Positions 17,527-29,500 of a stretch of 57,611 nt of DNA are shown piece by piece (positions within the stretch are counted from its first letter, which is position 1; every line of letters starts with the position of its first letter). The DNA is taken from IMG/VR virus record IMGVR_UViG_3300023314_000004, positions 64,001 to 121,611 of that record; one strand, given 5' to 3'. The DNA is from a virus (lineage: Duplodnaviria; Heunggongvirae; Uroviricota; Caudoviricetes). Below the pieces are notes generated by a model. That model made no database searches. It worked only from the letters and a program-made list of their open reading frames with translations, and was not told the DNA's origin. Both the position numbers and the translations under genes were made by a program.

Positions 17527-20500
17527 TGCCAGATCCACAAGTTCCATTACTCGACCAGTTTCAATTAGATGATGCTTTCTCTAAATACACTGGTAGTGTT
17601 ATAGACCAAAAAATACAATCTCCTGCTTTTCAGGGACTAAATAATCCTTCCCCAGATATATTGGGAAGTAAACCACTTTCTTCTCTAGATCAACTCACTC
17701 AGGACATTCTTTCTCCTACAAAAGGTAATGGTACTCAAGGACCAGGTGGCAAATCTATACCTCTCTCTCAATTAAACAATCAACCTTTTGATATATATGA
17801 TCCTTCCTTGGAAGGAAAAGATGAGGATATACTTTCTTTAAATCAACCATTTCTTAATAAAGCTGCAAATGGGCTGATTAAAATGGGAGGTATAGCTGCT
17901 AATACAGTGGTGTCTTCTACATTAGGAACTATTAATGGAATAGGAGAATGGATTAATACAGGTAGATTTTCTTCTTTTATAGATAATGATTTTAACAAAC
18001 AGCTGGATGAGAATATGAAAACTCTAGAAGCTGCATTTCCACATTATAGAACTTCCCATGAAAGGGAAGGTTCATGGTATGAGCCAGAAAATTTATTTAC
18101 AGCTAATTTCTTATTTGATAATATAGTTAAAAATTTAGGTTATTCTATTGGAGCTGCTGCTCCCGCATTAGCTGTGGGTAAAGCCCTTAATACATTAAGA
18201 ATATCCTCTAAATTATTTGCAGCTGGTGAAGCTCTTACAGCTACAGAAATATCTCAAGCTGCTTCTCAATTACCTAGAGTGCAGCAATTAGGCTATCTCG
18301 AAGGTAAATTCTCTCAATCCATAGGTAAAGCCCTAACTAAATTAGGTGCTCCAGCTGTAGGAGGAAAAGAACAAGCTGGTACATTAGTAAGAGGTATTGC
18401 CTCAGCTCTCTCTTCTGTAGGTGAAGCTTCTATGGAAGGATATAATAATTTAAACGAATTCCGTCAGAAAAAAATAGAAGAATATAAACAACTAAATGGA
18501 ATAGATCCTACAGGACAGGATTTAGAGGATATTAACTCTCAGGCTAGAGATGTAGCAACTTCTTCTTTTGCCCTTAATATGGCTCTCCTTTCAGGAACAG
18601 AATATGTACAGCTTCCTAAGATATTTTCTTCTACCTTTAAAGGAGAGAAAAATCTCCTTAACCGTACTGTACGTAATGCAGAGACTGGATTGCTAGAAGC
18701 TCCTAAACAAACACTATTAAGAAAAACAGCTAATGTAGCTGGACTAGCTTTTAATAAAGCAGAAGCTTTTGAAGAAGGTGCTCAATACACTATTCAAACT
18801 GGTACACAAGATTATTACAATAAAAAATACAAAGGTCAGGATACTGATTTTCTTTCTTCTTTATTTACAGGAGTGGGAGAAACTCTTTCTACAGATGAAG
18901 GACTAGAAAACATCTTTCTTGGGGGACTTTCCGGAGCTTTAATGACAGCTAGAGGTAAGTTTTTAGAAAATAAAGAAAAATCTTCTAATACTTCTCAATT
19001 TGTAGCAGATGCTAATAAAACTCAATTTAATCAATTCCTTAAGGAAGGAGTGGATCAGGCTAATAGAGCTACAACTTTACAGGAACAAAGAGCCAAAGCT
19101 ATCCGTCAGGGAGAAATATTAGAATCTAAAGATTTAGAATTTGACTATGCTCATAACTATCTTTCTCATAGGATTAAATGGGGAAGATTTGATTTAGTGC
19201 AGGATGATATTAATTCAGCTAGGCAACAAGCTTCCACTCAGGAAGGGTTTATAGCTTTACAACAAGAAGGTAAAGCAGCAGAAAATGACACTCAAGCTAC
19301 ATTTCTGGCTCGTCTCAATAATATAGAAATAAATGCTAAAAATGTAAGGGATCAATATGAATATCTTAACAATAAATATACAGGAACTTATTCTCCAGAA
19401 GTAATAGATAAGCTTGTATATACAGCTTCTAAAGTTAAAGACTATGATCAACGTATTCCTGAACTCTCAAGAGATCTTCTTGCCCAAGGTATACAAGTAC
19501 AAAATGTCTTAGAAGAAGCCCTTTCTCTTCCTATATCTGAAAGGGAATCTCGTAAAAACCTATCTCAATATCAAAAAGATGTGATAGCTTCACAAACTGA
19601 AGAACTATCTCCACTAAAAGAAGCCCTTAAAAATATTAATTCTCTTCAGACTGTTTCTGAAGTGAAGGATGATCTACGTCAAAAATTACAAGATGTAATA
19701 GAAATAGCCAATCGCAGAGCTGATTTTATTAAAGAGTATGATAGTATAAAAACAAATCCTTCAACTTATACAGAAACAACATCCACTCCAGATATTATAG
19801 CCCCTACTGTTAAAATTAAAACTAGAGATGGAGAAGAGGATTTAATAGTGGGAGAAGAATATTTCCTCGGAAATGTTGTAGATTATACCAAAGAAGGAAA
19901 AGAAGTTTATAGATTTCCTAAATTAACCATACTAGGAGAAAATTCTGATGGCACTATCAAAATTAAAGATGGTAGCGGTCAAGTGAGAGATGTATCTAAA
20001 GATGTATTAGCTGATTATAAGTTAGGTAAAGTGAGTGACACACTTAACAATAAGAAAGCTAAATTCTTTATGGAGAATGTTAATACCATATTTGAATTTA
20101 ATTTTGGTAAGGGAAAAACTAAAATAGGGAGGCTAGAATATTCAAATAAGAATAGGACTTTAATATTTGTTTATAAAGATGGCAAAAAAATAAAAAGAAT
20201 TGAAGTAACAGGCGATCAGTTTGAAGCTCAAGAGGGCTATAAACAAGCTATGATCGAACCCATAGGTGACTTAACAGCAGCACAGCAGGAATCTTTGAAT
20301 GCATTTAAAAAAGAAAAAGACGACAGAACTAAAGCTAAAAGAGAAACTAGACTTAAAATAATCACTGAAGTATTTGATGAAACTTCCTCTAAATTAGAAA
20401 AAACTAAAAATCTATTACAGCAGAAATATTCTGAATTAGAGAAAGTAATTTCTGATTTACAATCTTATGAGAATAAAATAAAAGCTGGAGACTTAACTAA

Positions 20501-23500
20501 TAGAAATAATTTTAAAAGCTCTACTAACAAAGCTATTAAAGCAGCTAATCGTTTGTCTAGAATGCAAGAAGACTTAAGATTAGAAATTCAAGAATTAGAA
20601 GCAGAGCAAGAAACACTAGAGTTTAATGAAAGCTATTTAGCAGACATGGCTCAAAATATTGATGAGCTACCAACAAATTCTTCCGAATTCCTAGAGGAGC
20701 TAAATGATCAAGTTCTTGATTTACAAATACTTCATGAAGAGACAGGCAAACAAATTAATAAAATTTCTTCATTAATTGATAAAGTAGAAAATGCTTTAAA
20801 ATCTGCTATTGATTTTGTTCTTGATACACTTAAATCATTCTCTTCTAAATACCCTAAAGTACCTACAGCAGGTGGACAGGAATGGGTAGATTTTCTTAAA
20901 GCAAATCCTAATTTCTTAAAATTACAACCTAATTTTAAAGAGGATTTACGTACTACAGAAGAATTAATTTCTGATATAGAAGATTTTGACATATCTCCAA
21001 CTGAAGAAAAATCCAGAGAATTAAGAACTCAACTAGAGTCTCTTCAATCTGATCTATCTTCTATAGAAAAAGAACTTGCTATAAAAGAACAAATACTTTC
21101 TAAATTCCAAGGAGCTGTACAAGAATATAAAGAAGCAGAAAAGAAAAAAGAAGCTTTTGCTAAAAATAAAGCTGTTCAACAAAAATATTTTCAACAGCAA
21201 AGATCTAATGAAAATCTAGCTGGTGATCCTATAGAAGAAAGTAAAGAACAAACTTCATCTAAAAAAGATTTAGCCTTTGCTCTTGTAACTTCTACAGATC
21301 CAGCGTGGGAAGCTACAACTAAGGATAATAATTTTCATAGGAGACATCAAACTTTCTTATTTAATTCTACGTCAACTAATCCACAAGTATTTTCTCAGGA
21401 AGAATATAATGGAGTTAAAGCTAAGGACAGACTTAGAATACTTCCTATCACTTCTAATACATACAAAGAATTAGGATTTCCTGAAGATTGGATAGAACCT
21501 GAATATAGGTTTAATGGCTCTAATGCAGATGTAGCAGCTATAAGATATGTTTATGTTCTTGAGGAAGGAGCTAAACTTTTCTTTGTTTCAGAAAATGGTC
21601 AGAAAATCTCAGAAGTAGGTAGTGGAAACTCTCTCAACCCTTCCGAAATTATTTATAGTAATGCAACAACTACAACCGACAAAGACTTTACAAATAAAGA
21701 TAAGCTTAGTGAGAGTGAATTAAAAACATATTGGGGAGGTGTTAGAAAAGATATATTTAATATTAATGGTAATAGTATATTAAATTTTAAAGGGTTAGAA
21801 TTTAGAACATCTAGAGGATTTCCTTTTCAAATACCAGGAGAAAATAGGCAAACAACTGTCTTAGAAGCTAAACTTGCTTCTCAGGAAGACATAGATAATA
21901 ATCAAGTGGTGGAAGTTCCTACAGCATCAAGTAGATTTCCAGCTGGTATTCCTATATATAATTTTAATGGCAATACAGTTTTTCTTAATAATAAAAATTT
22001 TACAAGAGAACAAGCTACAGATATAGTAGATGTACTAACGTATGCAGCTTCTCATAATGAAGGACTTACTAATGAAGTATTTAACTATCTTAGGAATGTA
22101 CTTTATTTTTCTACATCTGTAAAAGGAGAAGTTAAAAGAAATCAAATATTCCTTAAAGATCAAGATGGATTTCCTATACTTGTAGTAGGAGCTAATCAGG
22201 TAGAAATACCTTTTATAGGATTTTCCACTGAGGATGGTAATGATTTAGTTAATAAAAGAGAAGAACTTATATTAGCTATAGAAGGAATGTACCATCATGT
22301 AAATAACACTTCTCTTAAAAATAAAGCTCCTTTCACAGAATTACAAGTAGTTGATGGGGAATTAAAAACTAAGAAAGCATGGAATAGTTATCAGAACTAT
22401 TTACTTTCCGGACCACTAACAACTAATATTGTTATACCTCAGGAAGGAGAAATACCTATCCGTGAGAAATATTCTATAGTTTCTTTCCCAAAAATACAAG
22501 ATACATCTTTTAAACCTACAGAAGCTCCTAAACCAGCTCCAAAAGAAGAAGTAAAAGAACAACCTAAAGGTAAAACCCTAAAAGCTAAATCTAATAATAT
22601 AGATTTTACTTTCAATCTAACGGATACAGAAGCTACTATAACTTCAGCCATAGATGCAGAGGGAAATGAACTCGTATCTGTTATACCTCCAGATGCAATA
22701 GAAAGTATACAAAATGCTTTCTTTCAGGCTAATAAACCTAAACAGCCTACTGTAAGTAGTGAAGTTGAAAACATAGAAAGAAAAAGAAAAGAAAGTTTAG
22801 CTTCTATAAAAAGAGAAGTTAGAAAAGTAATGGGAGAAGAAAATACTTATTATCTAAGTAATTTACCAACTCAATATAAAAATGCCCCTCTTGGGGATTT
22901 TAGCGAAAATGGTTTAAAAGAAAAGATTAATGCTAAATATGATGCAGAAATAGCTAACCTTTCAAAAACAGGAAATTCTACAGACGACTCTTTAGATTTA
23001 TTAAATGGAGCTACAGGAGACTATATAGATGAAGATCAGTATAGATCTACTCTCTCTCAGTTTAAAACAGGAGATAAAGCAGCAGAATTAGCAGAAGTGA
23101 GAAGAATGTTACCAAATGTAAATATACAGATGGTAGATAATCTTATAAAAATGATAGGTGGAGGTCAAGCTTGGGGAGCTGCACGTTCAGGATTTATAGA
23201 ATTATTTAAGGATGCTCCATTCGGTACAGCATTCCATGAAGCTTTTGAACAAGTGTTTAATTGGGTGTTGTCTCCTAGTCAACAACAAGACCTAGTTACA
23301 GAATTTAAAACCAGGCAAGGTAATTTTACTACATTTGAAGGGACATCTAAACCATTCTCTGAAGCTACAGCTAAAGAAGCTAAAGAGCAAATGTCTGAAG
23401 AGTTTATCGACTATAAAGAAAACACTCCTGCTGCAACAAACAAGATATTACAATTCTTTAAAGATCTTTGGAGCCTTGTAAAGAGTATATTTCAATCTAA

Positions 23501-26500
23501 GCCTGAAACACTGGCTAATGTATTTAATAAATTAAATCAAGGACAATATGCTAATATAGCTCCTAGAGAAGCTTTAAATATAGAATATAGAGAAAGAAAT
23601 GTACAAGGAGAAGCTATTTCTTTTGTTAACACTGTATTAGCAGGTATGACAGCTGATATATTTATTAATAAATGGAAATCCGATGTTTCTCTTATCCTTG
23701 ATCTTGAGGAAAAACCAGCAGCTGCCACTAAACAATTATTTGATGATCTATTAGGTAGACTTACACAATACTATGAAAATCCTCAAAATCAAAGTGGCGT
23801 AATATCTTATTTTAAATCACAATTAGATAAAGCTACAAGTCCAGAAGAGAAAGCCTCAGTAGTAGAACAATTTACAGCTGTAAGAGATGCATGGAAAAGA
23901 GTGAAAGCTCAATGGGGAAATTACACAGAAGATCTCAAGTCTTTCTTAAAAGTATTTGATATATCTTTTCAAGTAGATGAAGAGGGTAATATCCAAATAG
24001 TTCCTGAAGAAGAACTGGACGATAAAAATCAACTTGAATACGTAGAAGACAGCATGACAGTAAATGCTAAAAATTCTGCTTCTAAAGTTGTTAAACTTCT
24101 TATGGCTACAGTGGCAGATTCAGAATTTGTTAAATCCACTATAATTAATTCTCTTCAAACAAGAGATTTAGCTCAGACTAGACCTATTCGTGATAATGTT
24201 ATGAGAATGAGGATGTTAGCTCCTTATGCTAAGTTGTTTAACTATGTGTTATACAATACAGCTAATGTTCCAGGTATTTATAATATGTTTGATAAACTTA
24301 CTAACTTATCAACAAATACTAATTTAAAACAAAATGCCAATTTAAAATCTCTTCTTGACAGACTTAAGTATAATTCAGAAAAAGGATTTGAAGGTCTTTC
24401 TGTTCCTGAAATAAAACTATTACTTAAATTAGAAAATGCTCTTTCAAAACAGAAACCTTCTTTTGTTAGACAACAATTAACAGAGGATGGTAAAACTGTA
24501 TTTAAGTTTTCCAATATATATGACAGAACGTCACAATTATCTGAACAATGGAATAATGGTTTAAAATCCCTTAAATATGTTTCTCTTAAAGGAGATGATA
24601 TAACATTTGATAAATCTATATTAGCTAATGATCCTTATATATTCCTATCTAATTTAAATATACCTATCACTAGGAATAGTTTTCCTCTTTCTAAAGAAAA
24701 AGAATTACTTGCTCAAGTAGATGTAATCAAAAAATTAGTTTCTGACCACACTACAAAACCAATCGGATTAACATCTAAAGGCAAGAAATTAGGAGTGGAT
24801 AGTCGTATAGCTGCTTTAGCTAAGTTCTATGTACAGAATATAGAAGGAGAAAGTACAGAATCTCAGCATTTAAATATGTCAGGCAAGGTAACAGCTAATT
24901 TTGTCCTTCCTAATTACATATCTCATGTACTTTCTGATGTTAATATAGCTCCTACGTTAGAAAGATTTATTGAGTTAAATCAACAATATAAGGATATATA
25001 CATGGGAAATTCTTATTTCCTAAATAACATCCTTTATAAAAATGGACAGAAAAACAATCCTCTTTCCATCACTGTACTTGAAGGTAAAAATATATATGCC
25101 GATAATCGTCCTACAGATAAAATGAATGAAGGAGAGAGAATGCTTTATGAGATTAATAACAATCTTAATGGAGTGTACTACACCCTCATGCCTTCAGATA
25201 GTAAAACTGAATATGGTTTAAATGTAGGTAATTTAGTTCCTGAAACCTTTTTTAACTCTCAAGGTAAAGCTAAAGCTACATCTGATTACGTAGATCAAAT
25301 GTATAGTTCCTATTTAAATGAAATAGATTTAGTTAATGACTATGAAAATAGGAAAAATATATCTGCTCTCACTAGAAAAGTAGATGGGGTGGAAGTAGGC
25401 AAACAACTTCGTTTCTTTAAATATATTCTTGACAATCCTAAAACCACACTTTCAAAAGAAGAATTTAGAACTAGATTACTTAACTATATAACAGAACAAG
25501 CAAATACTAATATACAAGATTTAAAATCCTGGAAGATAATAGATGGTAACACTGTACATGGTATGGATGCCAATTTTATGTCCAGAGTATTTAACAGAAA
25601 TGATAGACAAGCTAACCTTTCTGCTCCTCAAATTCTAGAACTTTTTCAATACAGGGAAATGAATTATGTTTTTTCTAATATAGAAATGCATAAACTTTTC
25701 TTTAACGATCCTGCACAATATAAGGATGAACTTAAAAGAACTAAATCTTTTATGTCAGGTAGAGAATATGCCCATGTAGATACACTTGAGGACAGTCGAG
25801 GATTAAATCAAGCTCTTAATAACCAATTAAACAAAGGGTTAATTAAAACAGACCCTGGTTATCACCAATTTAAAAATCACTTAAATTCAGTTACTATAAG
25901 GGAAATACAAACTGTTTCCAAAGAATTTGATAATATAAAGAAAGTATTAGGAGCTAAGGCAGATAAATATTCTAAAATGGAAATTGCAGATGCTCAAAGC
26001 TGGATGACTGGTAATGCTTATAGAGAAACGCTCTACAAATCTGGAGGTAGGTTTACTGCTCAACAGGAAGAGCTACATCAATGGTTATTAGCTTTTGAAC
26101 GTTCTGATAAATCTAAATTAGGTACATACACCTATTCTTCCAAAGACCTTCAAGCTCAGGATGAAAAAACTCTATCTCTTCCTATTCCTAGTACAGATAA
26201 GCATATAATGTATGTATTAAAACCTATTGTTTCTGGAACTAAATACCAGGATGGCATAGCTATACAATACTTATATAAAACTTCTACAGCACCTCTATAT
26301 TATTATTTTGTTAAAAATACACCTCTGGAAGGAGTTTATAATAAAATTACAGAAAAGAATATTGACTTTTTAGCTATGGAAAGTGCTAATAAAGTAGGTA
26401 TTTTAAAAAATAACACTCTTTCTCTCTTAAACGAAGAAGGACAAGTGTCTCAAGAATTTGATAGTGTAATTACCACCCCAATAGATTTTAAATACTTGGT

Positions 26501-26510
26501 ATACAAGTAG
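17526..26510 (+). CDS. Giant virion RNA polymerase polyprotein, N-terminal part (interrupted by frameshift)
   Basis: 2994 aa; Gly/Ala-rich hydrophobic N-terminal helices, coiled coils, degenerate zincin HEAFE (23235-23249); C-terminal motifs DELKR, DAQSWM...YRE, LKPIVSG, KTSTAPL, ESANKVG resemble the first half of crAss-like vRNAP. Confidence 0.75.
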   Translation: MPDPQVPLLDQFQLDDAFSKYTGSVIDQKIQSPAFQGLNNPSPDILGSKPLSSLDQLTQDILSPTKGNGTQGPGGKSIPLSQLNNQPFDIYDPSLEGKDEDILSLNQPFLNKAANGLIKMGGIAANTVVSSTLGTINGIGEWINTGRFSSFIDNDFNKQLDENMKTLEAAFPHYRTSHEREGSWYEPENLFTANFLFDNIVKNLGYSIGAAAPALAVGKALNTLRISSKLFAAGEALTATEISQAASQLPRVQQLGYLEGKFSQSIGKALTKLGAPAVGGKEQAGTLVRGIASALSSVGEASMEGYNNLNEFRQKKIEEYKQLNGIDPTGQDLEDINSQARDVATSSFALNMALLSGTEYVQLPKIFSSTFKGEKNLLNRTVRNAETGLLEAPKQTLLRKTANVAGLAFNKAEAFEEGAQYTIQTGTQDYYNKKYKGQDTDFLSSLFTGVGETLSTDEGLENIFLGGLSGALMTARGKFLENKEKSSNTSQFVADANKTQFNQFLKEGVDQANRATTLQEQRAKAIRQGEILESKDLEFDYAHNYLSHRIKWGRFDLVQDDINSARQQASTQEGFIALQQEGKAAENDTQATFLARLNNIEINAKNVRDQYEYLNNKYTGTYSPEVIDKLVYTASKVKDYDQRIPELSRDLLAQGIQVQNVLEEALSLPISERESRKNLSQYQKDVIASQTEELSPLKEALKNINSLQTVSEVKDDLRQKLQDVIEIANRRADFIKEYDSIKTNPSTYTETTSTPDIIAPTVKIKTRDGEEDLIVGEEYFLGNVVDYTKEGKEVYRFPKLTILGENSDGTIKIKDGSGQVRDVSKDVLADYKLGKVSDTLNNKKAKFFMENVNTIFEFNFGKGKTKIGRLEYSNKNRTLIFVYKDGKKIKRIEVTGDQFEAQEGYKQAMIEPIGDLTAAQQESLNAFKKEKDDRTKAKRETRLKIITEVFDETSSKLEKTKNLLQQKYSELEKVISDLQSYENKIKAGDLTNRNNFKSSTNKAIKAANRLSRMQEDLRLEIQELEAEQETLEFNESYLADMAQNIDELPTNSSEFLEELNDQVLDLQILHEETGKQINKISSLIDKVENALKSAIDFVLDTLKSFSSKYPKVPTAGGQEWVDFLKANPNFLKLQPNFKEDLRTTEELISDIEDFDISPTEEKSRELRTQLESLQSDLSSIEKELAIKEQILSKFQGAVQEYKEAEKKKEAFAKNKAVQQKYFQQQRSNENLAGDPIEESKEQTSSKKDLAFALVTSTDPAWEATTKDNNFHRRHQTFLFNSTSTNPQVFSQEEYNGVKAKDRLRILPITSNTYKELGFPEDWIEPEYRFNGSNADVAAIRYVYVLEEGAKLFFVSENGQKISEVGSGNSLNPSEIIYSNATTTTDKDFTNKDKLSESELKTYWGGVRKDIFNINGNSILNFKGLEFRTSRGFPFQIPGENRQTTVLEAKLASQEDIDNNQVVEVPTASSRFPAGIPIYNFNGNTVFLNNKNFTREQATDIVDVLTYAASHNEGLTNEVFNYLRNVLYFSTSVKGEVKRNQIFLKDQDGFPILVVGANQVEIPFIGFSTEDGNDLVNKREELILAIEGMYHHVNNTSLKNKAPFTELQVVDGELKTKKAWNSYQNYLLSGPLTTNIVIPQEGEIPIREKYSIVSFPKIQDTSFKPTEAPKPAPKEEVKEQPKGKTLKAKSNNIDFTFNLTDTEATITSAIDAEGNELVSVIPPDAIESIQNAFFQANKPKQPTVSSEVENIERKRKESLASIKREVRKVMGEENTYYLSNLPTQYKNAPLGDFSENGLKEKINAKYDAEIANLSKTGNSTDDSLDLLNGATGDYIDEDQYRSTLSQFKTGDKAAELAEVRRMLPNVNIQMVDNLIKMIGGGQAWGAARSGFIELFKDAPFGTAFHEAFEQVFNWVLSPSQQQDLVTEFKTRQGNFTTFEGTSKPFSEATAKEAKEQMSEEFIDYKENTPAATNKILQFFKDLWSLVKSIFQSKPETLANVFNKLNQGQYANIAPREALNIEYRERNVQGEAISFVNTVLAGMTADIFINKWKSDVSLILDLEEKPAAATKQLFDDLLGRLTQYYENPQNQSGVISYFKSQLDKATSPEEKASVVEQFTAVRDAWKRVKAQWGNYTEDLKSFLKVFDISFQVDEEGNIQIVPEEELDDKNQLEYVEDSMTVNAKNSASKVVKLLMATVADSEFVKSTIINSLQTRDLAQTRPIRDNVMRMRMLAPYAKLFNYVLYNTANVPGIYNMFDKLTNLSTNTNLKQNANLKSLLDRLKYNSEKGFEGLSVPEIKLLLKLENALSKQKPSFVRQQLTEDGKTVFKFSNIYDRTSQLSEQWNNGLKSLKYVSLKGDDITFDKSILANDPYIFLSNLNIPITRNSFPLSKEKELLAQVDVIKKLVSDHTTKPIGLTSKGKKLGVDSRIAALAKFYVQNIEGESTESQHLNMSGKVTANFVLPNYISHVLSDVNIAPTLERFIELNQQYKDIYMGNSYFLNNILYKNGQKNNPLSITVLEGKNIYADNRPTDKMNEGERMLYEINNNLNGVYYTLMPSDSKTEYGLNVGNLVPETFFNSQGKAKATSDYVDQMYSSYLNEIDLVNDYENRKNISALTRKVDGVEVGKQLRFFKYILDNPKTTLSKEEFRTRLLNYITEQANTNIQDLKSWKIIDGNTVHGMDANFMSRVFNRNDRQANLSAPQILELFQYREMNYVFSNIEMHKLFFNDPAQYKDELKRTKSFMSGREYAHVDTLEDSRGLNQALNNQLNKGLIKTDPGYHQFKNHLNSVTIREIQTVSKEFDNIKKVLGAKADKYSKMEIADAQSWMTGNAYRETLYKSGGRFTAQQEELHQWLLAFERSDKSKLGTYTYSSKDLQAQDEKTLSLPIPSTDKHIMYVLKPIVSGTKYQDGIAIQYLYKTSTAPLYYYFVKNTPLEGVYNKITEKNIDFLAMESANKVGILKNNTLSLLNEEGQVSQEFDSVITTPIDFKYLVYK

Positions 26511-26578
26511 ATACAGCTTCTAAAAAAGAAGAACAAACTCAGGGATCTCAGCTCACTAAATTAGCTGTAATTGATCTT

Positions 26579-29500
26579 ATGGATAATGGAATTCCTGTAG
26601 ATTTCATAAAAGCAAATTCTAAATTGAATGTAGATGAAATAAGAGAAGCTTGGGCTAAATCTCCAAATAGTAAAATATCTTCTCTTATTAAAGAACATAA
26701 TGACACTCTTATAGCCTTAGCTATTAAAAGAAGTGAGAAAATCTTTAATAAATTAGGTATTAAGAAAGATGAATTTGGTTATTCTTACAGGGATAAAGCT
26801 GTAGTGGCAGAGTTTATACTTTCTGAGTTAGAAAGAAGAGAACTTCCAGATAATATCAAACAAGGGATAGGAGTTAAATACAATCCAGATACAAATCAAA
26901 AAGAATTTATCAACCCTCTCGAAAGTAATGTTAACTATGCTAAGATTAAACAAATTCTTTGGAGTGTAATAGAAAAAAATCTCACTCGTCCTAAAATGTC
27001 TGGTGGACCTAAAGTACAGATGTCTGTAGCAGGTACAGGAAATATTAAGAAAACTACTATAAATGGTAAGGATGTTTATGTAGATGACACTCTTAAATTC
27101 TATTCTCAAGGAGAAGGTAAAACTAATGCCTGTGAAATAGATCTTCCTTATTTCTTTGGTCAGGAGCTTAGAGCTAAATTCCCACAATTCTCTACAGATG
27201 AAGAATTTCATTCTCATCTAATAGATTACTTAAATAAGACAGAAGAAGGCCAATCTCTTCTCACTGGCATAGGTTTCCGTATTCCTACACAAGGACTTAA
27301 CTCTATAGAATATTTTAAAGTGAGGAAATTCCTTGCTCCTCAATTAGGAGATGTTGTGATTCTTCCAGCTGAAATTACTACTAAAGCTGGTTCTGATTTT
27401 GATGTGGATAAACTTAACATGTACTTAAAGAATTGGTACATAGGTAAATCTGGCTACCCTAAAGTAGTTAAATTCCGTAATATTAATTCTAACTCTACAC
27501 AAGAATTAACTGATTTATACGAATACACTCTTAAAAATAAAAGAAAAGCATGGGATAATAATCAATCTGTTTCTAATTTGTTTGGAGATATATTCCCTGA
27601 CTCTCAGGAAGATATTGAATATGCCCCCTCTTTAGAGGAATTCTTAGAACAATCTAAAGGTAAATCTTCCTTAGAGTTAAATTCAGAAGAAGCACTCCAA
27701 AATAAATACTATGAAACCTTAGAAAATCTTATTTCTCTTCCAGAAAACTTTGAAGCTCTCATAACACCAAATGATGCTTCTCAGATGGACAACCTTTCTC
27801 AAGATATACAGAAACTTACTAATAATATAGACAAAGACATCACTCCTGGAGATTTGATTAATAGTAATTTCATGGCTAAAAAAAGGAATACTATGCTTGC
27901 CTCTAAAGGAAGTGTTGGTATATCTGCTGTATCTTCTACTAATCTAGCACTCAATCAGCTTAATGACATTACTATAGAAGTACCTAACAGCTATGTTAAA
28001 AATAATGTAAAAATAAGACTTCCTCACAACACTATAAATGGTAAACCTTCTCTTTCTTCCATAAAAACCACCTCTCGGGATTTTATATCAAACATAAATT
28101 CTCAGGTAACAGATGGTACAGTGGATGTGGCTAAAAAAGAATGGCTTCCACGTATGGGCTTTACAGATAAAATGATTTCTACAGCTCTCTTAATGAATAA
28201 ATGGGGAACTCCTATTCGTAATATTGCCTTCTTCTTAAACCAACCTGCTATAAAAACCTACATGAAGGAGCAAGAGATATATGAAACTATGTCTCTATAT
28301 AACAGAAACCTTCGTAAGAAAAGTCAATATGAATTACAAGATCATGTAAACAAAATAATAGCTCCAGGTCAAAATATATTTGCTCTTCGTAAAAACAAAC
28401 CTCAGGAATATACTCTTAAGATGTTAGAAGCTATGATTTCTAAAGCTCCTAATGAATTAACTAAACCAGAGCAAGCTTTACAATTACAAATATTAGATGA
28501 TTTTCTTGGCTATCAAGCTATGGCTTGGCAATTATTTAATGTTGTACAAGGATATAACTATGATACATCTCGTATTACATCTCCAGAAGATGTATATGCT
28601 AAAGAAATAGCAGAAGAAAAAGCTTATAGTTCTACAGTGGATTCCTATTCTAAGTTTGTTAATAACACTTATATAGGAACAATTCGTAATAGTGTTAAAG
28701 ATATTAATAATGCTTTAAAGTCCCTTCTCAACACACAAGTAGGAGAAGCTGGTAATATTATAAGAAGTATGTCTTTTGATCTTAAGAAACATAAGGGTAT
28801 AGGAAATAATAAAGATAATTATTCAAAATATATGAATAAGGCAGAAGCTGCCCTTATAGATTATATTGTACAGAATGCAGCTACAATTAATTCTCAGCCT
28901 CTAAACACTTTTATTAAACCACTACTTTCTTCAGCTGCATCTTCAGCTCATTATATACAAAAACTTAAACAGGATATATATAATAATTCTGAACATCCTC
29001 TTAGAAATAACAAGTTTCTCCAAAATATTATAACAGATATAGATGTAACTAATACATCTCCTTCCACTGTATCTATTGCTGAACCAGATTTTGATACATT
29101 CACTTCAGATAGCTATACAGATCAATTTAGAGAACTTCTTTCTTCAGGAGCTACAGTACAATTAACAACACCAAACACTGCTCGTACAGTGGGGCAAGTA
29201 TTTGAAAATCTAGTTGTTGCTCAAATATTGCAGAATGGTTCTTCTCGTAAAGCTGGATCATTTTTCCATCTAATTCCTAATGAAATTTATAATGAATATG
29301 CTTCACCAGTATTAAATAATATAGCCATTTCTCTTTCTAACTTTTACGATAATGGTTTATTCTACAGAAATAATGCTAGAGATACCAAGCTGGTTCCAGT
29401 GTTAAGACCTGATTATGAATCTCTTACAGGAGAAAATGAATTTTCTCGTATTCCAGTGAACGGTAAACCTATCCTATTTGTTAAGTCTGAAAATTATCTA

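Noticed and set aside
26486-26492. Canonical -1 slippery heptamer at TTTTAAA
   Set aside because: The frame is T TTT AAA, not X XXY YYZ, and a -1 slip puts TAA (26489-26491) in the A site.
26508-26560. TAG-to-Gln recoding (used by some crAss-like phages) as the explanation of the RNAP break
   Set aside because: Reading through TAG stays in frame 0, meets another TAG and then TAA within about 20 codons, and never reaches the DFDVD frame. Several genes here (ending 5150, 37385, 46743) end in TAG close before the next ATG, so the standard code fits.
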